Source: Monocercomonoides exilis PA203 (taxonomy: Eukaryota > Protista > Preaxostyla). From it: a DNA stretch of 64,000 nucleotides. The position numbers were made by a program, and so were the translations under genes. The notes below the pieces were generated by a model. It saw only the letters and a program-made list of their open reading frames with translations. It was not told where the DNA came from and searched no databases. Where the stretch lies: assembly GCA_001643675.2 (NCBI GenBank), contig LSRY02000010.1, forward strand, positions 496,001 through 560,000, in the 5' to 3' direction. Shown here in pieces: positions 47,726-63,100 of this stretch. Every line of letters starts with the position of its first letter. Within the stretch, counting starts at the first letter, position 1.

Positions 47726-49159
47726 TCAAATATTCACAAAATAATCTGAAATATCTAATGACAATTGATCATAACATTTTCTGCTAAGAAAAGGAAGTAT
47801 TTCTTGAAAGCTTACGATGACATCTTCATATCCTTCTTCTTCCATCTTTTCAATCACTTTCTTTTTCATGATCTTTCTTTCCTCTTTTCCCTTTTCATCA
47901 TTCGCTTCATCTTTCAATCTCTCTGAAATCTCAAGCATATATTTCAGGCTGTCAAGTGCAATATCGTAATTCAGCATCGATTGTTGAATCTCCCCCAAAA
48001 CAGCATCTGCAGCTCCTCCATTCAATAAATCTTCAACTTTCACAACTTTATTTTCTGTGGCTAATTTAAATGAATAAATGCAGTAAAAACATATTTCTCC
48101 ATTATCCTCTTTTGCTGCTCGAAATACCCTTGCAATGCTGTCGATTAGTCCAACATATTCTTCATTCCAAAATTTGCACTTGAAAAAACAAAAGAACAAT
48201 ATTTGCAACCATCTCAACAAAACAAGCTCTTCTTTCGCTTCTTTTCCTCTTCTTTTCTCTTTTCTCTCTCTCTTCCAATCATCACACTTTGAAAGCTCTT
48301 CCAATTCTCTTCTTGCTTCTTTCACAAGATGCAGCTCATTCATTATTATTGTTTCCAAGTCTTTGTTGGAAGATGACATGAAGATCAAAAATTGAAAAGC
48401 AGACTGATAGGCAAGTCGTGTCAGGTTGCGATGCTCCTGATGATATTTTATAATTTCTTTGATCTCACTCAAATACAATTCTTCTGGAATTTTCTGAACG
48501 AAAAATATAAATAAAAAGCAATTAATAAAACAAAATACTTTGGCAAATCATCAAACAAATCAACAAAGCACACGTTCCATTTTCCAACATAGGATAATGT
48601 GAACAAAGCCGTTTCCACTTCCTTTTGATTTTCCTCACTTTTCTCTTTGCTCGATGCAACTTTTACAAGGCGAGGTACACAAATCGACAACAATTCCAAA
48701 GAAAAAACAAAGTCAAGCAAAAGATAACACTCATAAAGATCAGTTAGGAGATTTTCATTTCTCTCTTCCTTTTTCTTCTCATTTTCTTCAAAAATCATCC
48801 TTTTAATTCTAATGCACAACGATGGATTCTCCAAAGAACTAATAAAAATCATTTTTAACGCTATGCAATATCCAACATGCTTCAGCAGCAAAATTGCATT
48901 TTTCGTTGGCATTTTCTTTTCTTCAATCATTTTTTCAACTTTTTTGGACAGCTCTGTCTTGAAAATGGATTTTAATTCTTCTTTTTTCATTTCATCAATT
49001 ATTTTATTTATTTCAAGGATTCTAACTTTCTGTTCAATTTCATCGCAATCTTCAAGCTCAGAAAACAATTCTTCAATAAAAAAGTAAAAAAGAAATCCAA
49101 TCAACAAGAGTTCTGTTAAACAACTGATACAAACCTGTGAACTTTTTTGTGTTGTCCAT
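47726..49159 (-). CDS. 429-aa all-helical (ARM/HEAT-like) hypothetical protein of a probably lineage-expanded family
   Basis: Exons 49159-49135, 49070-48574 and 48493-47726 total 1290 nt and join through GT-AG introns of 64 and 80 bp (MDNTKKFT/ELFSELE..GKWN/KIPEELYLSEIKEII..LTRLAYQSA..MEEEGYED). Family assignment is from recall. Confidence 0.75.
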
Positions 49160-49369
49160 CTCCTTTGCATATTATATTTTTTGAAAAATTGCACAAGAAA
49201 GCATGCCATTTTGATATTCACATTGAAAGATCATATGTTTGGATTGAAGAAATTAGAAAAAAACATAAATTCTAAAAGACAATAGAAACAATTGCGTTCG
49301 CACCGTTCTATCTCGTGTTGCCATTTTCGATTTGTAATTCCAAAGATAAAGAACGCTTTGTTTTTTTTA

Positions 49370-50000
49370 GTTTGTTGTTATGGAGGTTTTGATCAATTGG
49401 GATATTTCGATTTGGAATATCCGTTTACGAAATGAGAGTTCAATTAATGAACATCCTCTATAGAATAAGAAACATTATTTCCCATGATGACAGCTGGAGA
49501 TGATGGAGATGCATTGATTATGAAATTCTTTCTGATTATTTGATAAATTGGACGGCCAAGGAAATGCAACAATTTTGTTTATGGACGAAAAAAAATGCAT
49601 GTGTGTAATTTTTATTGCTTTATTGATTGTGAAGATATTTCCATCTGTATCCTCTCCAAAGTGCAGGAATCCGAATTATTGTTGAAATGGCCAATCTCCA
49701 CTTTGTGGAGCAACACGATGAGAATGGAGCATATTATTATATAGCCATTGGGAAATAAATGAAGTTTCGCAAGATACATGATTTTCATAAAATTTTATTT
49801 GGTGCAAGAGATGAAAACAAATTCAACTGATATTTTGTTGAATGAAGACAAAAGAGGAAGGAATTCTGACAAAAGATGAACAACTGAAATTATATAGCAT
49901 TTTGGAACGCAAGGAAGTGGAGCTGTTTTTGGATAAGGAAAGCAACTGAAAATATGGAAAGCAAGATATTTATCACAAAAAAAGGCAAGAATTCAATGAA
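49370..50000 (+). pseudogene. Possible decayed WD40-like gene remnant
   Basis: Scattered peptide fragments YGGFDQLGYFDL, TAGDDGDALI and GKQLKIWK among many stops. Confidence 0.25.
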
Positions 50001-50229
50001 AAAAATGAGACTACCAAAACGTCATAAATATTTTTGGCTTGCATATTTCTCTGACTGCGCTAAGCAGACATGGAAAGCGACGAATTTCTATTTCTGATTC
50101 CGCTTTTGCTTCAAAAGAGTGGAGAAACGCCATCGAAGAGATAACCTATTATAGAACATTTGTTGGTAATCGCACAACATTCAGACAAAACGCTTTTGAA
50201 TTTCATTCTTCAAAGAGACAGCCATTTTG

Positions 50230-53200
50230 AGTGAGCAAGGAGATTATCATTCGAAGTTTGCTTTCTTCGACGCCACAGGCAACTACAGAAAAATACAGAA
50301 TATTTGTGATCAGCCTCTTCAAGCGCAGCCATCCAGATATTTTATTGTTATGTTCCATTTGTGTGGCATTGATGCGGAGTTGATTTGTGGGGACTTTGTT
50401 GCTTCGTTTTGAGTGTACTGATGTGCTTGCAGAAGTTGGACAAGACGGCCATGTTTTCTCAGTCGAACATTGAGAGTGGGCAATTTCTCTTGCAGCTGTT
50501 TAATATATAAATTTCTGATTGTTATGCTGTTGGCCTGTGTTTATCTTGCATTGCGGCTTTGATAAGAAATGGTTTTTTAAAAAATGGAGAATTTCGTCAG
50601 ATGTTGCTTTCAACCGAACATATTTTCTGGAGCTGATTAAGTTCACTCTGCTGCTCATGTGCAGATAAGTCGACTGATCTATCGATGCATTCCTTCATTT
50701 TCTTGACACGTTGTAGTAATTATTGAAGCAGTGGTATTTTTTAAATATGAGAGTGCTTCTGCAGCGCGTGGTAGCTAATGCAACGAGACGAGGAATTCAA
50801 TTTGTCAGTGGGAATCAGCGGCGGTTGTGCAAGAAAAGCAAAAGAATGCTCAGATCAGATACAGAATAAGGGAGATATTTGTTGTTGCAGCAGAACTGTG
50901 GAGGAAGGAAACGAACGAGAACTTAAGAAGGAGGAAGGAGGCAAATGAAAATAAACAAAGAAAAAGGAGTGGAAAAAGAGGAAGAGGAAGAAGATAAATT
51001 TGATCGATTCGAATGAACTGCAAAGACTGCCTTCTCAAAAGAAATGCTTGAAAAAGAGTTGAAGAAAGAGCAAAAGAAGAAATAGAATCTGAAAGAGAAA
51101 TGGAATGAAATGAATTCAATGATGCTCTTTGGACGAGCTGAACGACAAAGGCGAACAAAGTTCATCTGCAGAAAAAGCAGACGTATTAACTGCATCGAAT
51201 TTCACAATGGTAATCAATAACAACAACAGATGGAAGATTCATTCTTTGTTTCAATTAAAGAATTTGATGGACTTTCAAACAACAATTCTCAAATGTGTCC
51301 CATCAGCAAAAATAAAATATCATCAATGAAGATATTGAAAAAGAAAGAAGAAAATATGTTATCCGCAAAAATTCAACTTTTGCAGAAATCACTCTGAGAA
51401 TGAAGCTCAGAATTATAAAAACGGTTGAATTGAATAAAAAACTTTGATTATTTTTTTCTTATTTTTTTCAATGAATTGCTCATAAAAATTCCTCAAAAGC
51501 ACACGCACACACATTCCATTCCAACGTTTAAGCAGAAGATTGTTCGATCAGTGATTCTGTAATTACCATTTCCACTGCTTATCATTGCTTCTTTCTCCTC
51601 CAGGCTTTTTCTTGAATAAATATTTAACTTTCAGTGTTACCTCTTGTTTCATTAATCAAATCATTGCTATTCATTTGACTTTCTTTTTCAAACAAAAGCT
51701 GTTTTGCTCCAAATTATCTTTTTTTCTGTCTTTTGAACATAAAAAAAAGGAATTTCAGAAGTTTTGATGTCATGATTTAATATAACTGATTATTGTTGAT
51801 TGACATTTAAATATATATTCACTTGAATAATAGAATATTTCATATTTTGTTTTGTTACATGCTTTTTAATAAGATGACGATCATTTGCATTACATTTTCG
51901 AAAAGATCAAAATACAATGTTTTGGTCCGCAGGAATTGTGCAAAAGACGATGTATTCTGTAACTTCCATGAAACTCTGAGAACAATTTATAGTTTCAATT
52001 GGGAAAGAGCTCCTTCTTTGTCGCTTCGAAATGAGCATGAAAACGTGCTGTTTTTGCTATTTTTGTATTTTGAATGCGATTGTCTTCATCCACGGAAAAA
52101 ATGATCAGCCCCAGGCTTAAGAGTTATGCTTCTGTGTGGTGTGTATTTTGTTTTTTATCATTCTTTGCAAAGAATTTGATTTTGTTGAAATACAAAAAGC
52201 TTGAAAACTGCTGATGGATACACAAAAACGTCAAATCGTGATGTTTGCCAACAACAAAATACAATTTTTTCTTTGTTCAAAGGAGATGTTGGCTTTGCAA
52301 GATTGAAATCATTTTTGACAACTTCAATCATAGAAATTTATTTCTATCAAGATTGCAATCTAAATGGTGATGAAAGTTATTGTGACTGATGAACTTATTG
52401 GAATAGAACATTCGGAAAATGTTGGGCATTCAACTTCTCCTCGATGGCACATATTGTTCAGCATTGTTGAATTTTGTAATTAGAGGAAAAATGCTTGAAA
52501 ATTTGTATTTGCCAGCTCTAATTCATTGGAAGGCATTCAGTCAATCTTATTGCAAATGGGTTTTCTGATTTGCAGTTTGTTCAGAGAATATTTGCATTCT
52601 TTTCCATTTCATTGCTGTTCCTGTTATCATTCAATTTCTGGAAAAGCAAGTTCATTGATGAAAAACCATTTGATGTTCCTTTGAATGAACAAAGTGGATT
52701 TTGAAAATCATCATTATTGAGGCAGGGTGGATCCTTTGCTATCCTTCATCTTCTTTGTGACAGATGCAATCAAAAAAAAGGAGAAGAATTTTTGATGCCT
52801 TGTATTGGCTGAATTTTCAATTTTTTTCATTCATGCAAATGAAAAGTTAATGCCAAAAGAGAACAAAGGAAAAATGGAGTTCTCAAGAAAGATGAAGCAG
52901 TTGCATGAGATTTGGAAATATCAAATTCAACATCAAAAGAAGAAAATGGCTTTGGATGGAAAGGTTGTGTTCATTCAATACATGCCTTTAGGAGTCTTAT
53001 CAATTGGAAAATAAAAAGAGGTATTTTATATTTGTTTGTATCTATTGTTTGAAATCAATTTATTTTTTTTTCTTTTATTCTGGATTAATTGATTTTTATT
53101 TTATATTAGCACGTAGACAGATGGAAATGTGCAACATTCAGATTTTGAAATGATAATCAGCAATTGTGACAAATCAGGAGCTGAAGGGAATTATCTTTTT

Positions 53201-53330
53201 TGGATTGTTCAAGTTATTTTAAGACAACTACGAAAGAAGGAAGGAAAGGAGGAACAATGAAATCGGAGCTAATTTCACACTTTGAGGATACAAATTCTCA
53301 GAGAGATGAAGTGAGAAGACAATTTGGTTT
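50230..53330 (+). pseudogene. Decayed coding-like remnants (hydrophobic and coiled-coil fragments), unidentified
   Basis: Higher GC and purine-rich, codon-like stretches (e.g. 50900-51200, 52520-52770) broken by stops and frameshifts. No long ORF. Confidence 0.25.
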
Positions 53331-54139
53331 GATTTTTTTATTTCACTGTTTTTGTTAAAAATCCTTTTTTTGGAATGTGAATTTCAACAGGAATTGTTCT
53401 TTTTCAAATTTGGAGTTGAATATTTCTATCTGCACAGCATTCCAAAGGATTCATCTTTCATCCACTATCTTTGCATTAACTGTCATTTCTTTTCGAGAAA
53501 TGAACGGGAACTGTACTGACTCACAGGATGAAAGAATTTGAAAACGAATTGACAAAACAAAGGACACTTGGAAACAATTTTTGAGAGGAAGCAATGAGTC
53601 AGAAAATGAAAGATTGAAATGAGGTTTGAGATGACAAGCTGAAATGTATTTTTGAAAAATAATAAAAAAGTTTGATGATAGAAAAGTGAGAACATGGAAT
53701 AACAACTTGTTGCATTTGCTCACCTTTTTTATCTCATATATTTTTTTTGAATGTTTGTATTTCTTTCTCATTGTGCCTTTTTGTTGATTATTCATTGTTT
53801 TTGAATGAAAAAGCTGTTTGCTCCATTTTTTTTTGAACCTTTAATATTAGAATGAAAAAAGAAATGGATCACAACAGTTTCTGAATTCATTTGCAGTTGG
53901 TATTTAGCGCATTTATTGTTGTTTCTGAAGAGTTCAAAATTGAAAAAATATTCATTCAAATAATTCTTATTATTGATGATTCAAAAAGTGTGCATTCATC
54001 ATTTATTCTTTCATGAAACATCTTATTGTTTACAAATTTTGAATTTTTCAGGAAAAAAGAAGAAAAGATGAATGATTTATCAAAATGACCCATTACAGAA
54101 TAACTCGATTGAGAAAAAACAGAATAAAAAGAGAATCGA

Positions 54140-57100
54140 ATGCGAAATCGAGTATTTGTTGTTTTGAGTTTTGTTGCCTCTGCATCCATATTGCAATGTC
54201 AGTGCATGTCCTTGGGTTCAACAATTGAAGATGCATCCTCGAAGGAGAGAGAGCAGGAAAACGAAATGATTCCTGCATGCAAATATTCCTTTGATCATGG
54301 TGTGTTTGAGATGAAAACATTTGATACAAAAAACAAGGAAATGAATTGTTCCCTCAAAAATGGAGACAGCGAAGGAGCTGATGAAAGAAAAGAGGTTTTG
54401 ATGAAAAACAAGGAAAACAAAACAAAAGTGAGGAGCAATGATCCTTTTGATGAAAAATGTGAGGATTGTGCAAATACTGAAAATTTGAGAGTGAGTGGAA
54501 AGGGGAATGGATTTGGGAGAAGTGAGATGAAAGGATGTGTGGTTTTGAAGAATTCGTCAGTGCTTTTGAGAGGATTGGGGATGGGCTGTGGAGATGGAAA
54601 AGGCATTGCCTGTGCTTGGAGCGAAAGTGAGATTGCGATGGATGGATGTGGGGTGATTGTGGAAGGTGATGTTTCTCCATTGGATTTGAAGGGAAGCTGT
54701 GCAACATTGGTGAATATCTCTCTCAAAACTTCAAAAACTCAATTCCCTCAAATTCCTCCTCTTTTTGCTTCAAATCCATCTGAGGATCGTTTGCAATGTT
54801 TTGGAAGAGTTTCGATTTGTTCATCTCGTTTTTCTTCAATGACACTTTCTTCAGCACCATTTTTGTCATCACCATCCATTGAGAGTGCTTCACTCTCAAA
54901 CATGGTTTTTTCCAACATTTCGATATCTCCATCTTCTCGAGGATCTGTTTCAGCATCTTGTTGGGAATGCTCCACTTTGATGGATGGCTGCTTATTCTTA
55001 TCAGTTTGTGATGTGTATGATGGAGGAATCATCCAATCAATCAATTCTCCACTTTCATCGCTGGTTGTTTCAAACACCTCATTTGTTTGGTGCTGCCGCA
55101 CAAGAAATGTGGAATTCATTGGAAGCGAAGATAACAAGAAATCCCCAGGAAGGCAGAATTTAACAGATAATGGAGCAAACACATTCACTTGGTGCGAATG
55201 GAACGGATCAAAGACTACTGGAAATATGGATGATTTTTCTGATAAAGCATCGAATGGAGGTGCGATTTTTATTCATGGATTATCATCAGGGTCGCTTTCA
55301 GTGAAATTTTGTTCATTCAATGACTGCACCGCATATTTGTGCGGAGGTGGAATTATGTGCTTTATTATTAATTCCATCAAAATTGAGAACAACTCGTTCA
55401 ATGTCTGTGCTGCTCAAACCAGTTTTGGAGGAGGGATGTATGTAAATTCGATATCGTCATGCGTCAGGATCAGTGATTGTGAATTTCAGAGATGCGCAGC
55501 AAATAGCCGTGGAGGAGGGCTTTATCTTGATAATTTTAATGTCTCTGGATCTAACTGTATTGATTCAGAAAGTGACAAAGGGGAGAGTGCGTGTGTGTTT
55601 GAGTGCTCATTCACTTCTTGCTCAGTAACAACAATACTTGGTGGTGGGATATGCTGTTACAATGTCCCATCAGCATTCAAAATGAGGAGTATTCAGTTCA
55701 TCTCATGTTCAGCAATGTCAATTGGCGGTGGTTTGAGATTTGATCCAAACCAACAAACAGCTCCGAGAAACAACATTTATTGTTATTTCTTCTTCTTCCA
55801 CGATTGCAGATGTAGTGATTCTACTCCATATGGTAATGATGTGTTTATCCAAGACACTTTCAATTTCTTTTTGTCAAATAATCCGTTTCTTGAATCATAT
55901 ACAACGAATACAAATGATAGGAAAGTGCACTACCAGTATTATAACGGAAACAGTTGGGTGGATCAGCACATAGAAAAGAAATGGTGGTTGAAGGAATGGA
56001 TGAAGGATCGGTGTGTTGGGGTTGGTGGAAGCGACACAAACAATCTGTGTGGGATGAGCGAGGCAGCTCCGTGCAAGACAGTGGGGCATGCGGTGGGGTT
56101 GAGCATGGCGCAGCTGAGCTCAACGATCACAGCGCTGGTTGGGAGGCATGCGAGCGAAGAGAAGACGATCAGTGTTGGGGAAAAGAAGATTTCTGTTGTT
56201 GGGAAAGGGAAGACAGTGAGTGTGATTGGAACGAATGCTCTCTCTTCGTCTTCGACAACGCTGTTTAGCATATCTTCTGGTCAACTGGAGGTGGAGCATG
56301 TGGGGATCGATCACAACGCGACAAGAAGTCCATCGCCGAGTGTATTTGTTGTTACTGATGGAAGTGGATCACTTTCATTGGAGGATGTGCTGATCTCAGG
56401 AATAATTGGAGGAAGTGTTATATCAGCATCTGTATTTGAAGTGGCATTGAGACAGTTGAAGATGGTTGATGTGGATATCAAAAATATAAAAATGAATCAA
56501 CCACTATTTGCCGAACCATCATCAGCTGGATCGTCATCAGGAGAGAGTTTGCTGGGGAATGTGACAATTCGGAATGTGAATCGGACAGAGGGTGATGGGG
56601 CTGTAATGGCAAAAAGTGTGAAGGAAAGAGAGACATTTGTGGTGTGGAATATAACAATGGATGGATGTGAGTGCATGAATGGGAATGGCGGAGGGATAAA
56701 AGTTGAGTTGGAAGCGCCACCAAGCAAAGTTCGAATTGGAGATTCAACATCACACAGTGGAGGAGCAACAGCATTTAATCGATGCAGTTGCAGAGGATAT
56801 GGAGGAGGGGTGATGCTATTTCTGGCAGATAACTCATTTGATTTTACGATATCATCAGTGAGTTTTGTTGGTTGCAGTGCAACATCGGGAGGGAAAGATG
56901 TGTATGTGAATGGGAGCAGGCTGGTGAGTGGGACAATAACAGCCACAAAGCTGAATTTCTCGAGAAATGTTTCTATTTATGATGAGTTAATGGGATATGA
57001 CCGGAACGAGATAGGGATGGGAATATTCCCATTGAATGTGTTTTTGGAGACATTTTCAGGAGCAGCACATGTGGGGAAAGAGGTGAATGGGTGTGGAGGA

Positions 57101-60100
57101 TATGACTCGTGGTTTTGTGGGTTTGGGTATTTTCCATGTTCCACAATCGCGTTTGCTGCTCAAAACAGATTCAGTTCGTCAAAGAAGAATATTGTGTTGG
57201 ATCCAGGGTTTGAGCTGGGAGAAGTTGTGTCGATGGCAGGGTCATATGAATGGGAGGTGTATTGTGGGATTAACAAGACGAATGTGAATGTGAAGGTGCC
57301 GAGTGGAATGACATCATCGTGTTTGATAAATGTTCAGAGTTCAAGTTCAATAAAGAACATTGGGTTCCAAATTCCATTTTCGTTATCGAGTGCAACATCG
57401 CTCATTACTTCGACAAGCTCATCACTCACACTCACAGACTGTTCAGTTGCTCATTCATCAGAGAGCACATCGAGTGTGAACTTTGGATACAGCATTGTGA
57501 ACGCGCAGAGTGGGAGTCTGAACATGGAACGATTTGTGATTAGCGGAGCACTTGTGTTTGGAGCTCATTCAGCGATTGAATTTTGTGAAGGGATGACGAG
57601 TGTGATTTGTTCAGGATGCAACATCAGTGGAGTTGTGAAGAATAGTGGAGATGGAGGATGGATGAAAGGAACAGTTGGAACGAGTGGAACATTGACGGTT
57701 GATGGATGCAATGTGAATGGGTGCGGTTGTGTTGGAGGAAATGGAGGAGGAATGCATATTGGATTGAAGGGAAATGGGAAAGTGGTTGTGAATGGGTCGA
57801 GTGTGATTGATGGGAATAAGGCAGAGAATAATGGAGGAAATGGAGGGAGAGGAGGAGGGATGTTTATGTTGATGGAGAGCGAAGTATCCCGATTGACAAT
57901 TGGGCAGAATGTTGAGTTTTTGAAAGATCACGGGAATATGGCAGAATATGGGAAGGATGTGTTTGTTCATTGTGGGAGTGGAGTGTTTTTGGAATCAAAA
58001 GTGAATACAGACACATTTGCCTTTTTTGACTCAAGCACCATTCCATCAGATGTGCTGAAACTGAGTGGGAGTGAAAATGGGGATGAAAGTGGAGTGATTC
58101 CACTGTTTGTGTATTTGTGCACAATGGGAACAAAAGTGATTGTTGATGGGAGTGGAGGAAATGGGATGGACCACAACCACTGTGGATTTGAGAAATTTGG
58201 CTGTTTGACAGTTGATTATTGTGCAAACTCAAGAATGAGCAGCACTGTGAATGAAATAGAGATTGTCTCATCTTCATCAATAACGAAGGAAATAACAGGA
58301 CCATCATTTGGCGTGAGTATTTCAGGCAGAATAACATCATCAGCGGGGGAGAGGATGGGAGTGAACGTGAGTGATGGAGGATCAGCCACACAAGATTATC
58401 TTATTGGATGTTCGAGTTCACTGACAATGAGGAGACTTTCATTTGTTGTGAAAGGTCAGTTGAATTCAAGGAGAAGTGCATTCATCCATTCAACATCAAC
58501 GCTCAATGTGACGAACTGTTCAGCCTCATTTGAAAGTGGGGCAATGACTGATGGAAAGATAGGATACAGCATCATTGACATGGCAGGAGGGAATCTGATT
58601 GTTGATGGATTTGTGATGGAAAGTTCAGTGATATTGAATGGGAAATCACCTATATCAGTGACAAATGGAGTGAAACTGGAGATTATGAATAGCAGAGTGA
58701 GAGGAGTGGAAATAACTGGGGTAGATGGGGGATGTTTGAATGTGGAGATAAAAGAAGGAGGAAGTGTGAAAATTGAAGGATGCAATTTTTCATCAACATG
58801 TTCGGGTGGAAGTGGGATGAAAGGAGGAGGGATGATGATATCAGTGGGGAAGGGAGTAAACTTGGAAATGAAAAATGTGAATTTGTCTGAATGTGAAGTG
58901 CTATCAAGTGAGGATGTGAATGGAGGGAGAGGATTGGGAGGAGGGATGTTTGCTAAGTTTGCTGAAGAGATTGGATCATTTGCGATGGAAGGAATGACAT
59001 TTGAAGGATGCAACTCATGGAAAGGGAAGAATTTGTTTGTTTCAGGATGTGATCTGAGTGAGATTGTGAAAAAGGATCACATCAAATGGGAGATGAGTTC
59101 AGAGGAGTTGGGATCGTTGGATGAGCTGTGTGGATGGGAGAGGAAGACAACAGGAGAGGGATATGTGATTCCACTGGTTGTGTATTTGTGGGATAATTGG
59201 AGTGGGAATGGGTTTGTTTCGAAAGAGGCAGGAGGAGACTTCAGTGAATGTGGATTTTCTGAAGCGCCATGTTCATCAGTTGATCATCTGATTTCACTGC
59301 GATATGCAACACTTGGGGAAGGGGAAACCTCTATCAGCATTGTGGGATCAGGATTGCTTCAAAAATCAATATCTTTGCAATCATCATCATTATCAATAAC
59401 TCCTATTGTATCAATTGAGGGGAGTGAGAAAGGAACAGTTCTGAAAGTGAGAGAAATGGATGATGAGGGAATTGGAGAGTCGATGATAACATCGAATATT
59501 TGTCTTTCTTTCATGAACCTGTCATTTTCTCTACCAAATGAATTGGGGAAGCATTTATCATTTATCCAATCATATTCCTCCTCTTCTGCAACACTTTCAA
59601 TTGTGAGCTGTTCTTATATTTGTGAGGATTCAACAAAAGAAACGAAGTATTGTTTGATGAAAGTGGATGGAGGAAGTGTTATGATTGAGGATTGCTCTCT
59701 TTCTCAGTTCGTTCTGGCAAAAGGGTTTTTGGAGTTTGCTCCAGAAGTGGATGTGATTGATGTGGCGAATCTTACGATATCGAGCACATCCATATCTGAA
59801 AAGAGTCTGATTTCACTGGGAGAGCAAGCTCAGGAAAGCAGATGGAATAAGAATGGAGAAGTAAATTCAAAGACGATGATGAGAATGAACAGCTCAACCT
59901 TCACAAACATCACATGCGAAGGGAACAACCCATGCGCTGTGAATGTGGATTCGTTTTCAGTTGGAATGGAATGCGTGATGGAAGGATGCGTGTTGACGAA
60001 GTGCATGAGCGAGATGAGCGAGGAAGGTGGAGGAGTGAAGGTGTGTCTGAAGGGTGGAGAATCAGATCTGAAAGTGAGTGGATGCTCATTTGTGATGTGT

Positions 60101-63100
60101 GAGTGTTCAACGGTGAATGGGAGAGGAGGAGGAGTGATGATTGATGCACTTGATCCAAATGAGGGATGCATTGATACAAAAATACCACCACTTGGACTGA
60201 GATTGGAGAACATCCGATTTGTGATGAACGAGGCATTTGTGGGGAAGGATATGTTCATCAAGTGCCACTCGATTGCAGAGCAGGTGAATGAAACGCTGTT
60301 TGTGCTTGACTTCAGCCAGGATGCTCTGAAGTCGAACAACTCAATTTGTGGGAGGGATGCAGTCAATGAGATTGATGTTGATCTGATTCCGCTGATCACA
60401 TTCTTTCACTCAGCTCAGGTGCTTGTGAGTGTGAATGGAAGCGATAGCAGACAGTGTGGAGCACAGAATACTCCGTGTCGGAGCATCAGTTATTGTTTAA
60501 AGCATATTGAAAAAAGTCTTTTGAACGTGATGTGGATTGATGGAGAATGCTTGATTGGTGGAGAGTGTGAGGTAGGAGATTTGAATGTGAAATCATTGAA
60601 GAGAACATATGCAACCATCCATTTCAATACAAGGATTGATGAAACAGGGAGCGAAGGGAGTGCGATTGTGTTTTTGAATGAGTGTGCTGTGGAGAGGTGT
60701 GAATTTGTGTTTGGGGAATCATTTGAAGGAGTTCAGGAAAGTATTTTGAAAGAAAAGGATGGGGAATTGGAGATTTCTGAGTGCAGATTTAGCTCAGCAA
60801 CGATGGATCTGATGATGAAGAACACGATTGTGAGTGTGGAGAGTGGAGAGCTGAAGATTTCAGAAACAATATTTGATGGGATTTGCACCTCAGAGCCAAT
60901 TCTATCATTAACAAAAGAGGGAACGATTGTAGTTTTTGAAACAAACATCTCAGAGATTGTGTGTGAGAGTGATGTTGTTTGCATTGGAGGGAAGGCAGAG
61001 GCAGAGATGAAGGAAGTGAATTTTGAGAATATCTCTGTGGTTATTGAAGGAAGTGCGATGAGGTTGGATAGAGCTGAAAAAGAGGTGAGTATGCTGAACT
61101 GCTCTTTTGCGAAATGCAGGAGCACAAAAGAGAAGGGGAGAATGATGGAGATCTGTGAGTGTTTGGATGTGAGGATTGGATCATGCGTGTTTGATGGAAG
61201 TGAAAATGAGAGAAATGAATATCATTTGAATGAAGAAGAGGAGATGTGCAGGTGGGATGGATCTCTTGTGGATGTTGTGAAGAGTTCAGTGATGATGAAA
61301 GACACAACAATCTCGAATTCACCAGATGGTGGAATAACAATAGGTGGAGGGGAAATAACTGTTAATGATGGAAGATTTGAGAACAACAATCCATCAATTG
61401 AGGGATATCCATCACTGAGAAGAAATATCATTTGTTCAGATTCAGGATCATTGATCATCACAAGTTTGAAAGGAGGAGATGGAGTTTTGCCAAATTCATC
61501 ACTTTGGATGTTGAATGAAGGGTGCAGTTTTGAAGGGATTGCTTCTGAGAGAGATTCATCGTTATTCATTCCCGTTCTGGAAAGTGTGGAAGCAAAGGAA
61601 GAGACAGATAGAATGAAGCTGACATTCAAAGGATTGCTTCTTTTTCCATGCAATCTGTCATTCTCAGTTGTGAAGAAGAAGGGAGAAGAGAAAGAGATTG
61701 AACATTATGATTTTGATTCAAATGGATTCTTTTCGGAAATAGAAGTTGAAGGAAGTGTGGCAAAAGATCTGATCAGCAGTTGTGGAGATAAAACAGAAGT
61801 GAGTGTGCATGTTTTGTTTGGGAATGATGAATCTCCTTCATCAACACATTCAATCGTTCTGAAGAATGCAAGTGAAAGTCAGTCAAGTGGAAATGAAAGA
61901 ATAGTTGAAGGAGGAAAAGAAGGGAAATCGATATGGCTGTTGGTTGTTATAGTGCTAGTTGTGATACTATTAATTGTTCTGATTGTATCAATTATTTTGG
62001 CTGTTCGATGGAGAAAACAAAAGAGACGAACAGAAGAATTGGAGATAATCGTGGAAGACAATATTAAAAAGGATCCGAAAGCATTTGAGATGGTGACGAT
62101 GGAGATGTCACCTGAGGAGCAGTGGAGAAGAGCAGAGAGAGAAGCAGAGAAGAAAAATGAAGAGAGAATAAAGAAGAGAATATATGATACGAATATGCAA
62201 CATTCTGAATCATCCGAGCATTTGCTGAGTGAAAGTGGATCAACAGAATACATATTGGGAAAGGACTCAGATAAGATTCCTGATTGGGCACTGGAAAAGG
62301 AGGAAGAAGAAGAAACGAGAAAGAGAACTCCTTCTCCATCCATCTCATCCACTTCAACAACTGATTCAGATTCAACTTTTGTTCGATCGGAGAGTCTGTG
62401 CCCAACCACCTCATCAATGTCGAATCTGGTGGATGCAATGGCCTGTTCATCGCCTCATGAGAAGCTGATTGTTGATCTGAGAGATTCATTGTTCATGTTG
62501 CTTCATGGAAGGAATAAGACAAAGGAGATGGCGATTGGCACTCTGCAGGAGAGGGAGCAGACAGCTGCACAGATCCTGTTCTGGGTGGCCAATCTGGCAC
62601 TCCACTCATTTGATGAGATGGAAAATGGATTATCTTCTCTTTCCACTCTGAGTCCGCACATTGTTCTGTTTTCTGAGCACATGGTGATCTGCATCGTGAT
62701 GCATTCTGACTTCTCATCTGATGATGATTCAGACTCATCATCCATCTCATCATCAACTATTGTCACATCTGCCAGCGATAATGATGATGATAGAGACTCT
62801 CTTCCTTCATCAGCGTTTGAGGAAGAGGATGACAACATGAAGGAGTGCATGCGATGGAAGGCACCAGAGCTGCTGATGAACAAGAAGATGGGAGCAACAA
62901 AGAAGTCAGTGGTGTTTTCGATTGGGATGATGCTGTGGGAGTGCCTGACATTGAAGGTGCCGTTTGGAGAGTATGAGGCAGCGATTGCAGGGCAGAAGAT
63001 AATGAATGGGGAGAGGCCAGATGTGGAGGGGATTCGGGGAAGTGGGCTGTTTGGTGTTGTGGGGAGTTGCATTTCAGCGCAAGGGAAAGACAGGCCAGGG

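Noticed and set aside
54140-62000. Chlamydial Pmp autotransporter
   Set aside because: GGAI-like repeats are present, but there is no C-terminal beta-barrel. The protein has a single TM helix and a cytoplasmic tail.
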